DNA of 64,000 nt from Gemmatimonadota bacterium (GTDB lineage Bacteria; Gemmatimonadota; Gemmatimonadetes; Longimicrobiales; Gaopeijiaceae). This document shows, one piece after another, positions 36,893 through 47,015 of the stretch (its first letter is position 1; every line of letters starts with the position of its first letter). The DNA is taken from NCBI GenBank assembly GCA_039589315.1, contig JBDHHQ010000040.1, positions 1-64,000 on the forward strand, given 5' to 3'. The notes beneath the pieces were generated by a model, which searched no databases, was not told the DNA's origin, and saw only the letters and a list, made by a program, of their open reading frames with translations. The position numbers and the translations under genes were made by a program.

Positions 36893-37436
36893 CTCGCCAC
36901 GCGTTGGTCCCCCGGCTGCCGCCGGGCCCTCGAGACGGCGTTGCCGCAGGAGCGTCAGAACGAAGAGAGGCTCACCTCCAGTCGGTCAGCTCGGGCCCGA
37001 CCGTCTCGGGACCCGCGGCGGACGGCGATTCCGACACCGGACATCACGGCCGGCGCTTCGATCGTCGTCCGCCATCCTCCGCCAACCCACGAGGTAGCCT
37101 CACTGTTCGGAAGGAGCCTGAGCGCCCCCCCCGGGTGCCTCTTCGCGTCAGACGACTCTCTGCAACGAGCCCCGGGGGGGCAACGTCGCACAGGAGCCTC
37201 GGCGCGAGCCCGCAGGACCTCGGAGACCGCGGCGGTCGCCCACGCCGAAGGAAGGTGAAGCTGGCCAACCCTCCCTCAGCGTGGGCTCCGCCCAACGTGC
37301 CGCTCCGATCCCTGCCGACGTGCCCACGCGATCCGTGAACGAGTCGGACCAGCGGCTACGACTCTCCAGGTCCACCCGCGCGTCCGAGCCCGGGTCACCT
37401 GGGGGGCTGCGAGTCCCAGCCGTCGGCCCTCAGGAC

Positions 37437-37730
37437 TCAGTCCGCGACCCGGTCCTTCAGTCCCTTGCCGGCCTTGAAGACCGGATAGGTCTTCGCCGCC
37501 AACATGATCTGCTGACCGGTAGCAGGGTTGCGGCCGGAGCGCGCCGCCCGATGCTTGGTGGAGAACGTGCCGAAGCCCGTGATTCCCACCTTGCGCCCGC
37601 CATCGAGCTCGATCGCGATGATCCCCTTGCCCGGTGCCGTGTCGAAGATGCAGTTGATCACCTCAACGGCCTTCGCTTTCGACAGGTCGCACTTCTTCGC
37701 CAGCTTCTCCGCCATCTCCGTCCTGTTCAC
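37437..37730 (-). CDS. hup: HU family histone-like DNA-binding protein
   Basis: ITGFGTF..K.RAAR.GRNPATG...PVFKAGK.LKD; AGGAGG RBS. Confidence 0.95.
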   Translation of the reverse strand: MNRTEMAEKLAKKCDLSKAKAVEVINCIFDTAPGKGIIAIELDGGRKVGITGFGTFSTKHRAARSGRNPATGQQIMLAAKTYPVFKAGKGLKDRVAD

Positions 37731-38115
37731 CTGGTACCTCCTGAAGGGTTGGGAGCGTCAGCTTCTACCACGGGTGCAGATCGCGGCCGCTCTCGGATAG
37801 GTAGCGGGCCCTACGCGGCTCGCCACGACGATCTCGGGTGCGTGACCATCGCAGTATCGGCGATCCCGCGGCCGTTCGCCACCCGATCCCCCCATGATTC
37901 TTGCCCGATCGACCGATTCTGCTGCGCACCAGTCTGCCGACTCCGAGCCCGCGCTGCAAGGCCGCCGGAAATGAAACATTTGAGGACCGGATGGCGACGG
38001 ATGTTTCCCGGCTCTGCGACCGGACCCGACGGTGCGGAATACGGACTCCCCGGTCACGAATCGAGACGCGGTCGGGACCCGCCGCGCACCCGCGCGCTCT
38101 CTCGGAAAGCCCGCC

Positions 38116-38898
38116 CTACCCGTGGGAGCCGTCACCGCTCGCGAGACGGTTGAGAAACGCCGACACGATCTCCCAAGTATCTTCCACGTCGCCGCTTACG
38201 CGATCAGCCACCAGCATGGACGATCCGTGCGCACCGGGGTCTGCCACATGCGTCTCGTGGCCCTGGTCCCGGAAGATCTGCATCTGCTCGGCGATCCAGC
38301 CGTGCTCCATCTCCGATTGGGGGCGCAACACGAGGGCGGGCACATGGACCTGCTCGCCGAAGGGCTCGGGTCGGCAGCCGGCCATAGGATCGCCCGACGC
38401 CGGTGAGAACGCCAGCAGCCCCTGAACGTCCTCCGGGTGGGCCGCCGCCAGCTGGAAGACCAGCGCCGCCGAGTAGCTGCTCCCCCAAAGGATGGAGCGC
38501 TGATCCGGCTCGAGGTACCGGGCAAAGGCCAGCGCCGCCTCGAGGTCGGGGAGAACGTCGCAGTAGGAGACGTCATCGGCAGCGACCGAAGAGGCGGTCC
38601 GGTTGATGCCGCCGAAGCGCTCGCCCCCCCGACGCTGGTCGATGATCAGCAGATTGAAGCCCGCCGCTCGGAGCCGGGGAATCAACGGCCCGTACTCGGC
38701 CATCCCACTGGCGCCGCCCTGATGGAAGAGCAGGATCACGGGCTCCCCGACCGTGTCCTGCGAGCGATACCAGGTGGCATGCACCCGCACACCGTCGCTG
38801 GTCGTCAGGACGGTGTCCGCAGAGGCCTCCTGTGCGCCGGCCCCGAGGGGGAACGGCGTCGCGAGGAGGATCAAGAGGAATGGCCGGGCGATGCGCAT
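38116..38898 (-). CDS. Secreted alpha/beta hydrolase
   Basis: Signal peptide; LFHQ, DQR, WGSSYSA nucleophile elbow, HGSSML. Confidence 0.82.
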   Translation of the reverse strand: MRIARPFLLILLATPFPLGAGAQEASADTVLTTSDGVRVHATWYRSQDTVGEPVILLFHQGGASGMAEYGPLIPRLRAAGFNLLIIDQRRGGERFGGINRTASSVAADDVSYCDVLPDLEAALAFARYLEPDQRSILWGSSYSAALVFQLAAAHPEDVQGLLAFSPASGDPMAGCRPEPFGEQVHVPALVLRPQSEMEHGWIAEQMQIFRDQGHETHVADPGAHGSSMLVADRVSGDVEDTWEIVSAFLNRLASGDGSHG

Positions 38899-38946
38899 GA
38901 GCGTGGCCGAACATGGCGAAGGTCGAGATGTGTGCGCCGGGTGCGG

Positions 38947-40389
38947 CTAGAAACCTCCCAGTAGACGAAGGAGCTCGTCGTTCGACGCTACGGGCAGGAA
39001 GGTGTCCCACTCGAGGAAGTACCCCTCCGCGTCGTACGCCACGAACACCCGGACCCGGCCGCTTTCCCCGGTCACCTCCGGTGTCCGCAGCTCGACCGGT
39101 AGCGCCCGGACCCGTTCGAACCACCCGTCCACGTCGTCCGTGAAAAACGACACGGTCACACCCTTCTGATCCGTCGCCTCATGGAGCCCTCGGCTGCCGT
39201 CCACCAGCCCCAGGAAGCCGGTGCCCGACGCCTGGTAGACCTTGGCCCAACCCTGATCCACCAGAAGGTCCACACCCAGGAGCCGCTCGTAGAACTCCTG
39301 CATCGGTGCCACGTCGCGGTAATAGAGCCACAGGACGGTCGCCTGAATGGTCAGGCCCTCGGGTCGGGCGGTCCCTCCGGAGAGGGGCGCGATCTCGCGG
39401 AGGACCGGTGTCAGGGATCGGTTCTCGGGGTGAGGGTTGAACCGCTCGAACTCCAGGTAATAGCCCTCTGGATCCACCGCCACGAACCCATCGTGGGGCC
39501 GACCCTCGGCCGAGGAGAGCTCCGCCCGCATGGGCACGTCCTGCGAGATCAGGTAGTCGTACCAAGCCTCGACCTGCTCGGTCACGATGGCCAGTGTCAC
39601 GCTCTTCGGCTCGTCGGCGGAGTGCATGCCACGCCTGGCGTCCACGAGGGTCAGGTAGGAAGCCGGTGCGACCCGGAGTATCTTGGCGAACCCGTAGTCG
39701 ACGACGGTTTCGAGGCCCAACACCTCCGTGTAGAAGGTCCACGCTCCCTCGACATCGGCGTAGTAGTAGAAGGCGTTGGTGGCTTGGATGGTCGGGGCCG
39801 CTGGGGAAGCCGGCGCTCGCCGCATGCTGAAGGCCATGAACGGGAGCTCGTTCCGTGCCTCGGTCCGCGTGTCGACCAGGCGCGTCTCGATCACGAAATG
39901 ATCGTCCGACAGGAGGTGCAGGACGATCACGAACTCCTTCTTCAGGCCAAGCGCCTGCATGACCGGCTCGTCATCGGTGCCGTACATGGCGATCCGATTG
40001 CCGGTCGGATCCTCGTGCCCCTGGGCCGTGACGAAGTAGGTGCCGGTCTCGTCCATGGCGATGACGGCGAACCGGTCGTGGCGCGTATCGAACCCGAACG
40101 TGTAGAGCGCGTGGCGTACCGGACCCCTCTCGGCCTCGATGTCGACTTCGAGGAACCGACCCCCGAGGCGCATGCGCGCTACGGCGGATCCTGCCGGGCT
40201 GGAATCGTCGGCTTCGCTCACCCCGTGGCCGACGTGCACCTGCCACTCACCCTCCAGTCGGCCCAGCCGCTGGTGCATGGCACCTGGCATGGCTGCTTCG
40301 GCTTCCTGCCCAGCTGCACGGTCGTGGAGACCACCAACGCACGTCACCCCAAGGGCGAACAAGGTTGCTCGGCGGAATCCGCCCATCAT
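38947..40389 (-). CDS. Secreted DUF1579 + tandem VOC (glyoxalase-fold) fusion
   Basis: Signal peptide; L.RLEGEW...LGGRF; two YY.D...FY..LG...VD.G.AK...D.EGY.LE repeats. Confidence 0.78.
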   Translation of the reverse strand: MMGGFRRATLFALGVTCVGGLHDRAAGQEAEAAMPGAMHQRLGRLEGEWQVHVGHGVSEADDSSPAGSAVARMRLGGRFLEVDIEAERGPVRHALYTFGFDTRHDRFAVIAMDETGTYFVTAQGHEDPTGNRIAMYGTDDEPVMQALGLKKEFVIVLHLLSDDHFVIETRLVDTRTEARNELPFMAFSMRRAPASPAAPTIQATNAFYYYADVEGAWTFYTEVLGLETVVDYGFAKILRVAPASYLTLVDARRGMHSADEPKSVTLAIVTEQVEAWYDYLISQDVPMRAELSSAEGRPHDGFVAVDPEGYYLEFERFNPHPENRSLTPVLREIAPLSGGTARPEGLTIQATVLWLYYRDVAPMQEFYERLLGVDLLVDQGWAKVYQASGTGFLGLVDGSRGLHEATDQKGVTVSFFTDDVDGWFERVRALPVELRTPEVTGESGRVRVFVAYDAEGYFLEWDTFLPVASNDELLRLLGGF

Positions 40390-40391
40390 GC

Positions 40392-41060
40392 CTATCGATC
40401 CTCCGCGAGCCGGTTGATATCGGGGTTTTCGAGGATGCGCTTCACGTAACCCCGCACAGCGACCTCGATCATGGCCCGACCGAGATTCTCCGTGGTCGTG
40501 ACGTGCTTGGGGAACAGCCGCCGCAACAACGGAAAGAGAGGTCCGGCCACCGTGTAGAGAGCCTGATAGAGTGCGGTCTTCGACCGGACGCCCTTGAGCG
40601 GCTGAACGAACCCCGGCCGGAACATGAACGCGTTCAACGGTAGCTGCAACAGTCGGTTCTCCGTCTTCCCCTTCACGCGAGCCCACATGAACCGGCCCTT
40701 CTCGGTCGAATCGGTCCCCTCACCCGAAACGTAGCAGAACGCCAACTCCGCATTCGCGGCCACCAGGGCCTCCGCCGCCGCCACGGTCAAGTCGTAGGTC
40801 ACGTGATGGTACGCTTCCTCGCTCATCCCGGCAGCGGACACGCCCAGGGTGAAGAAGCAAGCGTCGCAGCCGGACAGTTGGGCCGCGACGTCGCGGTAGG
40901 CGGTGAAGTCCGGGTGGATGAGCTCCTCGAGCTTCGGGTGCGTGATGCCACAGGAGCTGCGCCCGATGGCCAGCACCGAGGTGACGCGCTCGTCGTCCAG
41001 GCATTCCCGTAGGACGCCCGATCCGATCATCCCGCTGGCTCCGAACAGAATCACCCTCAT
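40392..41060 (-). CDS. NAD(P)-binding epimerase-like protein
   Basis: ILFGASGMIG, DACFF.LG, WARVKGKTEN, FRPG. Confidence 0.88.
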   Translation of the reverse strand: MRVILFGASGMIGSGVLRECLDDERVTSVLAIGRSSCGITHPKLEELIHPDFTAYRDVAAQLSGCDACFFTLGVSAAGMSEEAYHHVTYDLTVAAAEALVAANAELAFCYVSGEGTDSTEKGRFMWARVKGKTENRLLQLPLNAFMFRPGFVQPLKGVRSKTALYQALYTVAGPLFPLLRRLFPKHVTTTENLGRAMIEVAVRGYVKRILENPDINRLAEDR

Positions 41061-41704
41061 GGTTGCTCGTCCTCGCGTTCTCGGCCACGTGGCGATCGAA
41101 GAGCGCGTCCCGCCGACTTCGAGCCGTCGCGCCCTGCGGTGGCACGAAACTGATGGGCGGACAGCTCGAACACCATGGTATCCCGCTCCGGCGAGGACGA
41201 TTGGGCGCCGCCCCCGCCGAGGACCTCCCGGAGCCGATACCCGAGCTTGCGCGGCACTGCGGCGCTCGCGGCGTGGTCGGGGTCGCACCGAATCTCCATC
41301 CGGTCGATGCCGGGCAGCCCCAGACCGGCGTGAGTCAGGAGAGCGGCGGCTTCGGTGGCGATGCCGCGCCCCGCACGATCGGTGCGGACCCAGTAGCCGA
41401 TCTCCAACGCACCGGGCCCGACCCGGTGGTACAGTCCCGCGCCGCCCCAGACCTCCCTCTCCTCGAGATCCATCACCGCGTAGAGGGCGTTTCGGCCCTC
41501 CAGGAAATCGTCCCGGTATCGCTCCAGACGGTGGGCCAACACGGGCGGCTCTTCCGGCTCTGCGAACACCCACGGGATCCACCTCTGGAGCTCGGCCCAG
41601 CTCATCTCCAGCGCTCGCTGAAGCAGGGGGGCGTCACCTGGATCCCAACATCTCAGGAGCAGTCGGTCCGATCGGATCCGCTCCGGCGGAATTGCACCCG
41701 ACAT
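41057..41704 (-). CDS. GNAT acetyltransferase (RimJ/RimL-like)
   Basis: RLLLR, EIGYW....GRGIATEA, S.AVPRKLGY. Confidence 0.88.
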   Translation of the reverse strand: MSGAIPPERIRSDRLLLRCWDPGDAPLLQRALEMSWAELQRWIPWVFAEPEEPPVLAHRLERYRDDFLEGRNALYAVMDLEEREVWGGAGLYHRVGPGALEIGYWVRTDRAGRGIATEAAALLTHAGLGLPGIDRMEIRCDPDHAASAAVPRKLGYRLREVLGGGGAQSSSPERDTMVFELSAHQFRATAGRDGSKSAGRALRSPRGREREDEQP

Positions 41705-41798
41705 GATGCCCTCCCTCAGGACGTACGGAGCAGGCGATGGAAAGCGCGGGGACGCCCTTCCCGCCACCGGAGCGGCGGCGTGCCCACGCCGAGCGTGC

Positions 41799-42746
41799 TC
41801 ACGGGACGAGGTGGCGACGCATGAACCCGATCTCACCGGCGCCGACCCGGCAACAACCCCCGACTCCGGACGCACCTCGTTGCACCCACTCCACGGACGT
41901 TCGCCCCCAATCGACCGCTGCCGGTGTGGTCGTCCACCTCTTCGTTGCGGCGTCGTAGCGCTCACCCGAGTTCGGGTAGACCAGGATCGGTTTGTCCGTG
42001 CCTCGCTTGATCTCGTCGATCAGCGACGAGATCAGATGTGGAGCGGTGCAGTTGACGCCGACAGCCGCGACTCGGGGGCTCGCCTCACACAGGCCGGCCA
42101 CCGCAGTCATCGGACTGCCGTCGCTCACATGACGGCCATCGCGGCAGCTACAGCTGATCCAGGCCCAGCTTCGGGGCGTCTCCCCGAGGAGGCGGAGGAG
42201 CGCCTTCACCTCATGCAGGGAGGGAATCGTCTCGCAACCGAGCAGGTCCGCGTCGCTCTCGGCCAGCAGGTGCCATCGTCTCCGGTGGAACGAGTAGAGT
42301 TGCTGCGTGCTCATCCCGTAGTCGCCGCTGTACTCGGACCCGTCGGCGAGGGCCGCGCCGTAGGGACCGACGCTCGCCGCGACGAGAGGTCGCATCCGCC
42401 CTCTCCGGTTCTCCGCCCGACTCCAGAACAGGTCCCGGGCCTCCACGGCGAGCCTCACGGAACGCCGGATCAGCTCCTCGCCCTCGGCGTCGGTCAGACC
42501 GCGGCTGCGGAATCCAGCGATCGTGGCCTGGTACGTCGAGGTCATGACGCAGTCGGCCCCGGCCGTCAGGAAGTCCAGGTGAACGTCACGAATCAGCTGC
42601 GGGTCCTCCAGGAGGACCTTGGCCGACCACAGGTCGTCGTCGAGATCACAGCCCCGGGCTTCGAGGGCCGTGGCCAGGCCGCCGTCCAGGATCAGGGCGC
42701 CCTGCCGTCGAATGAACCTGCCGAGCGGATTGTGCAGGCCGCTCAC
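41799..42746 (-). CDS. mmuM: Homocysteine S-methyltransferase
   Basis: LDGGLAT.LE, LWSA, ASVGPYGA.LADGSEY.G, ETIP, GVNC, YPNSGE, GGCC. Confidence 0.93.
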   Translation of the reverse strand: MSGLHNPLGRFIRRQGALILDGGLATALEARGCDLDDDLWSAKVLLEDPQLIRDVHLDFLTAGADCVMTSTYQATIAGFRSRGLTDAEGEELIRRSVRLAVEARDLFWSRAENRRGRMRPLVAASVGPYGAALADGSEYSGDYGMSTQQLYSFHRRRWHLLAESDADLLGCETIPSLHEVKALLRLLGETPRSWAWISCSCRDGRHVSDGSPMTAVAGLCEASPRVAAVGVNCTAPHLISSLIDEIKRGTDKPILVYPNSGERYDAATKRWTTTPAAVDWGRTSVEWVQRGASGVGGCCRVGAGEIGFMRRHLVP

Positions 42747-43213
42747 GTCGGCTCCCCGCCGCCACGCCGCTCACGCCGGTCGGCGAGGTGCTCGCGCAGG
42801 CCCACCGCGTAGGCCTCGGCCACGAATCCCCGGAACGCCGGATCGATGTCGTCGGGCGTGTCGAGGCGGAACTGGTGGCCGAAGGAGCGTGGACCGAACG
42901 CCTCGACCCGCCTGAGCGCCGGATGCTCCACCCGCCGGGTGAGCCAGAGGTTCGCCAGGAGCCACCTCTTCCTCACGACACATCCGGCGAACCGCACCTG
43001 CGCCTGGATGGCGATCCGGGTCTTCTGAGGAATCACCTCCACCGGACCGCACGCGCGGATCACCGCCAGGAATCGCTCGAATATGTCTCGGACGTGCGGC
43101 TCACGACCTCGAAAGTGGTGCTCGAGCGGATAGTTCGAGCACGAGTGCCACGCCTTCCTCGTGACGAACCGGTGACCGCAATCGGGGCAGGTCCACAGGT
43201 CCGCGGCGCTCAT
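42743..43213 (-). CDS. DUF5655-like protein with N-terminal zinc ribbon
   Basis: WTCPDCG.RF....HSC; P.KT.I...VRFAG. Confidence 0.7.
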   Translation of the reverse strand: MSAADLWTCPDCGHRFVTRKAWHSCSNYPLEHHFRGREPHVRDIFERFLAVIRACGPVEVIPQKTRIAIQAQVRFAGCVVRKRWLLANLWLTRRVEHPALRRVEAFGPRSFGHQFRLDTPDDIDPAFRGFVAEAYAVGLREHLADRRERRGGGEPT

Positions 43214-43264
43214 GCATGTCCCGGCAGCGTGGTGTCGTGAGCACGCCGAGACCGCAATGGCGTC

Positions 43265-43675
43265 TCACCCGATCTCATACTCGAGGATCAGAGTGTGGGC
43301 CCCCTCGGCGTCGACGGATATCTCGACCGTGCCGCTCAAGCCGTCGAGGCCACCCGTGCCGGACCCCGGGACGACGTGTCCGGAGGTGCGCTGGCCTCCC
43401 GCCTCGCTCACGCCCCAGTGCTGGAGGACGAAGGTGCCGGACCGGTCCCCGAGGTGCCCCACGACCCACTCCGACGCGACGTAGCCGGCTCCGGCTGCAA
43501 GGTCGGACCGATCAGCCTGGCACATCAGTAGCTCGGCGGTGCTTTCCCCGGTCAGGTCCCCGCGGAACGCCTTCCTCACCGTGGCCCGGGAGAGACTCGG
43601 TCCCTCCCTCTCCTCCCCATAGGGGATCTGGTCCCATCCAGTCACGTCGAACTGGGAAATCGCGCGATTCGGCAT
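43265..43675 (-). CDS. DUF3224 family protein
   Basis: F.V..WD..P, K.F.GDL.GES, G.FVLQH, VVPGSGTG.L.GLSG. Confidence 0.85.
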   Translation of the reverse strand: MPNRAISQFDVTGWDQIPYGEEREGPSLSRATVRKAFRGDLTGESTAELLMCQADRSDLAAGAGYVASEWVVGHLGDRSGTFVLQHWGVSEAGGQRTSGHVVPGSGTGGLDGLSGTVEISVDAEGAHTLILEYEIG

Positions 43676-43732
43676 CTCGACTCCAAAGTTGATCGAGGTC
43701 CTGCGGGCTGCAGCGCAAGATCGGGACTCTGG

Positions 43733-45343
43733 TCAGCTCGGCGCTTCACACGTGCCCGGCCAGCCCTGCTCACACGCCAGAGCCCACAGCACGGCCGGCT
43801 CTCGCTCCTCGAGCGGCGGCTTCGTCCCCCGCAGAACGATGGGCAGATCCCCGACGGCCGGCCCTGCTCTCGCCATCCCCTCCACTCCCGTCCCCGTCCA
43901 CTCGACGTTCTCACACGCCGGCACGAAGCCCAGCTCGCAACCCCGGGTGAACACGGAATCGGCTGGCCTGTCGAGGCGGACCAAGCCGATGCCCACCTCG
44001 TTGCAGGCCCAGCCTGAGCCGTTGTTACAGTAGGCGAGCGTCAGGTACGACGCATAGTCGCAGGCCCGCGTGCTCCCGGCGCCGCAGGCCTCTCGCCAGA
44101 ACGGCAGGTATTGACCCGGGTGTCTGTCTCCGACAGCCTGGGTCGCGCTCATGGCCAAGAACACCGCCACCCACGCGGACGTGTACCCAACGTTGCGTTG
44201 CCCCTCAGTCAGTGCGCGACCCATCCTCGCGGGATCCAACGCCGCGAACGGCCTCGACTCCGCGAGCCGGTCGATGCGCCGGACCATGAGGTTCATGAGC
44301 GGCACCGGGAGCAGCTTGTCGTAGAAGGTGGGGATCCCGAGCCCGCTCAGCACGACGAAGAAGACCGTGGTGAGGATCGCGTACAGCACTCCGAACAGGA
44401 CCCGGCCGAGCTCGGTTCGTGGTGAGGTGGAGGGATCGGTAAAGAGAAGGTGCATGCCCAGGAAGACAGGCACCGGGATGAACGCGTCGAGGAAGAGGTA
44501 GGTGCCGGTCGCATTGAGGTACACCACGCCGATCGCGAGCATGGTGATGACCGCCGACAGGGTCATCGAGGCCACGCCGAACAGCAGCTGCCCCGGCACG
44601 GCCGCCAGGAAGATCACGAGGTAGATGTACGGAGGATCGAACTGCGAGTTGGCGATCAGGTTGCCGAACGTCAGCTCCGACCCCTCGGTCAGGATCAGGA
44701 CCAGCGAGAAGATCGCGAGCGGGAACGACGACGGGTTGAAGATGTGCCGCGAGCGGCCGTCGCGGTGCCAGCGGATGAGCTCCTTACCGGCGTACCCCAG
44801 CGCGATCATGACGAACTGCCAGTGGAACCACTCCGGCCTGAACCACAGGAACAAGTTGATGCTCAGGATGACCGGCACGGGCCCGAAGCCGATCGTGTAG
44901 GCGTCGCGCCGAGACCAGGTCAACAAGCTGTCCACGGCGTAGGCGAAGATCAGCTGCGCGAGGATCAAGGGCAGAAACGCGTACACGAAGCGCGCGTGCC
45001 AACCCCAGTAGAACAGGATGGTGAGCTGGGCGCAGGCTTGCACCCAGTGGTGCTTGTGGAGCGCGACACCCAGGGACAGGGTCCGGTTGACGCGCCGCGC
45101 CGCGAGGTAGAGCCCCCCGCTCCACAGGAGGAGTGCCGCTCCCGCAACCAGGAACGCGCGCAACAGCTCCGGCGATCCGCTGTTGGGAAACGCGAAGGTG
45201 AGGAGGGCGACCGCGAAGGCGAGGGGCAGGGCCACGGCCCGTTCGAGAGGCAGCGGCGAGGGAGGTCTATCCGGGGCGCCGCCGCCAGGCCCGAAACGAG
45301 AGGGACGAGAGTGCGCTCCGGACGGTGACCCGACAGGCTTCAT
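43733..45343 (-). CDS. RnfD/NqrB/UnbU-like polytopic membrane protein with C-terminal Cys-rich Sel1-like repeats
   Basis: Many TM helices; RHIFNPSSF and LFTDPSTSP motifs; four C-X7-C motifs; start uncertain. Confidence 0.7.
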   Translation of the reverse strand: MKPVGSPSGAHSRPSRFGPGGGAPDRPPSPLPLERAVALPLAFAVALLTFAFPNSGSPELLRAFLVAGAALLLWSGGLYLAARRVNRTLSLGVALHKHHWVQACAQLTILFYWGWHARFVYAFLPLILAQLIFAYAVDSLLTWSRRDAYTIGFGPVPVILSINLFLWFRPEWFHWQFVMIALGYAGKELIRWHRDGRSRHIFNPSSFPLAIFSLVLILTEGSELTFGNLIANSQFDPPYIYLVIFLAAVPGQLLFGVASMTLSAVITMLAIGVVYLNATGTYLFLDAFIPVPVFLGMHLLFTDPSTSPRTELGRVLFGVLYAILTTVFFVVLSGLGIPTFYDKLLPVPLMNLMVRRIDRLAESRPFAALDPARMGRALTEGQRNVGYTSAWVAVFLAMSATQAVGDRHPGQYLPFWREACGAGSTRACDYASYLTLAYCNNGSGWACNEVGIGLVRLDRPADSVFTRGCELGFVPACENVEWTGTGVEGMARAGPAVGDLPIVLRGTKPPLEEREPAVLWALACEQGWPGTCEAPS

Positions 45344-45362
45344 GGCACCGAGCGGCCGACGC

Positions 45363-45470
45363 CTATGCTCCGTTCGTGGACCATCCCTTCCGTTCCTGGT
45401 CGAAGTCATCGTATGCCTGCTTCCAGACAGCGAAGTCGGCGACCGGATGACGCACGAACATGCGGGTCAC
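45363..45470 (-). pseudogene. N-terminal fragment of a small dimeric alpha/beta-barrel ('cyclase'/ABM-like) protein
   Basis: GAGGAGG RBS and GTG start; MFVRHPVADFAVWKQAYDDFD.ERK then a stop after about 35 aa. Confidence 0.6.
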
Positions 45471-45679
45471 TCTTGCCTCCTCGAGAGATGAAACCACATC
45501 GCGTGAGCGGTATCCCCACGCCAAGGGTCGCCTCCGGGGACTGACCCCGTGCCGAGCGTCTTCTCGGGTAACCGACCTCGTTGGGGGGAGAGTACGAGCC
45601 GATGAGCGAATCCGACAGGCCACCGCACGCGCGCGTCGGCATGCCTGTTCGGAGCGGACCGCCCGTCGCCGCACCACCG

Positions 45680-46068
45680 GTTCGGAGTCTGGAGGCAGCG
45701 TCACGTCGAGCCATTCGAGGGCGGCCTCCTCGTCCCGGAACACCCGGGTTTCTACGTTGAAACCCGAGCCGAACGCCGCCGCCATTCGCATCAGCCCGAA
45801 CTTCACGTCCGAGGGGCGCGACAACTGCGCATCGTACACCCGACAGACCGGACCTGGGCGTAGAATGCCGCGCCGCATCCCGGATCTCGTCAGCGCGTCG
45901 CGTGACGAGAGAAGCCGCTTGGCTCACATCTATGAGGAAGCGTGCATCCTCGGGGAAGCGCGGGTCTTCCAACGCGTCGTCGTGCGCCTTCTTGAGCTCG
46001 GAGACCGTGTATTCGCCTACGCACGCCAGCCTGAACAGTCGCCCTGCGAAGTGGTAGCTTACGGGCAT
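45680..46068 (-). pseudogene. SpoIIAA-like/STAS-SEC14 protein with a +1 frameshift
   Basis: Removing one base from the G4 run at 45813-45816 joins RCAVVAP to SDVKFGLMRM...RVFRDEEAALEWL; 3' end approximate. Confidence 0.7.
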
Positions 46069-46277
46069 CCTGCTTCTCTGCTCGATTGCGAAAGTGGCGC
46101 CACTCGAAGAAGAGCGCAGCTGGCAGCGAGCGATCTTTGTGGGCCCTTTTTCGGTATTAGGATCGCCTCCGTGCTCGGTGCACGACGAGCGCCGGCCCGG
46201 CGAGGATCGTGAAGGACGCCGGCCCGGCGAACCGTATACGAAGTGATGGCCCCAACCGGAGCCCAAGGGCTGTGATC

Positions 46278-47006
46278 ATGAACCCTGACCGCCGTTACTC
46301 AGACGACGAGGTCGCCCGGATCATCGAGCGAGCGACCGAGGCACAGGAATCGGAGCGTAGCTCGCTCCCGTCCCCGAAAGGGATGACCTTGGCCGAGCTA
46401 CAGGAGATCGGCCGTGAGGTCGGCATTTCGGCGGACCAGATCGCTCGCGCAGCGGCCGCCGTCGATCGCGGCGTGGATCAGAGTCCGAGTGCGCGCTTCC
46501 TGGGAGCGCGCATCGGCGTCGGACGGACCGTCTATCTCGACCGTCGCCTCACCGACAGCGAGTGGCACCGGCTCGTGGTCGACCTCAGAGAGACGTTCGA
46601 CGCGAAGGGGACCGTTCGGGAGGAAGGGGCCTTCCGCCAGTGGACCAACGGCAACCTGCAGGCGTTGCTCGAGCCCACCGACTCCGGCGAGCGGCTGCGC
46701 CTGCGAACGGTAAAGGGTGACGCCAGGGCTTCAATGGGGATCGGGGCGACCATGCTCGCGATGGTGCCCGTCATGCTCGTCGTTTCAGCCATCACGGGCG
46801 GCCTGGGCCAACCGGGTGCCCTGGAGGTGCCTTTCCTGCTGACCGCGTTGGGCGGCTTCTTCTACGGCAGCGGCCGCCTGAGACTGCCCCGGTGGGCTGC
46901 GACGCGGGAGCTACAGATGGAGGGGATCGCTGCGCGGTTGGCCGCATCGATCGAGACGGCCCCGGCGCCGGAGGACGACGACCCGCGGGGAGCCCTGCCG
47001 AGCTAG
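46278..47006 (+). CDS. Hypothetical membrane protein
   Basis: RRYSDDEVARI.ERA...TLAELQEIGREVGI; two C-terminal TM helices. Confidence 0.8.
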   Translation: MNPDRRYSDDEVARIIERATEAQESERSSLPSPKGMTLAELQEIGREVGISADQIARAAAAVDRGVDQSPSARFLGARIGVGRTVYLDRRLTDSEWHRLVVDLRETFDAKGTVREEGAFRQWTNGNLQALLEPTDSGERLRLRTVKGDARASMGIGATMLAMVPVMLVVSAITGGLGQPGALEVPFLLTALGGFFYGSGRLRLPRWAATRELQMEGIAARLAASIETAPAPEDDDPRGALPS

Positions 47007-47015
47007 TGGGCTGCG

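Noticed and set aside
37380..37440. Hairpin after the HU gene as an intrinsic terminator
   Set aside because: A stem is present but there is no U-tract
36900..38110. Long intergenic stretches around HU as ncRNA or riboswitch
   Set aside because: Only weak inverted repeats were seen and no recognisable RNA family motif
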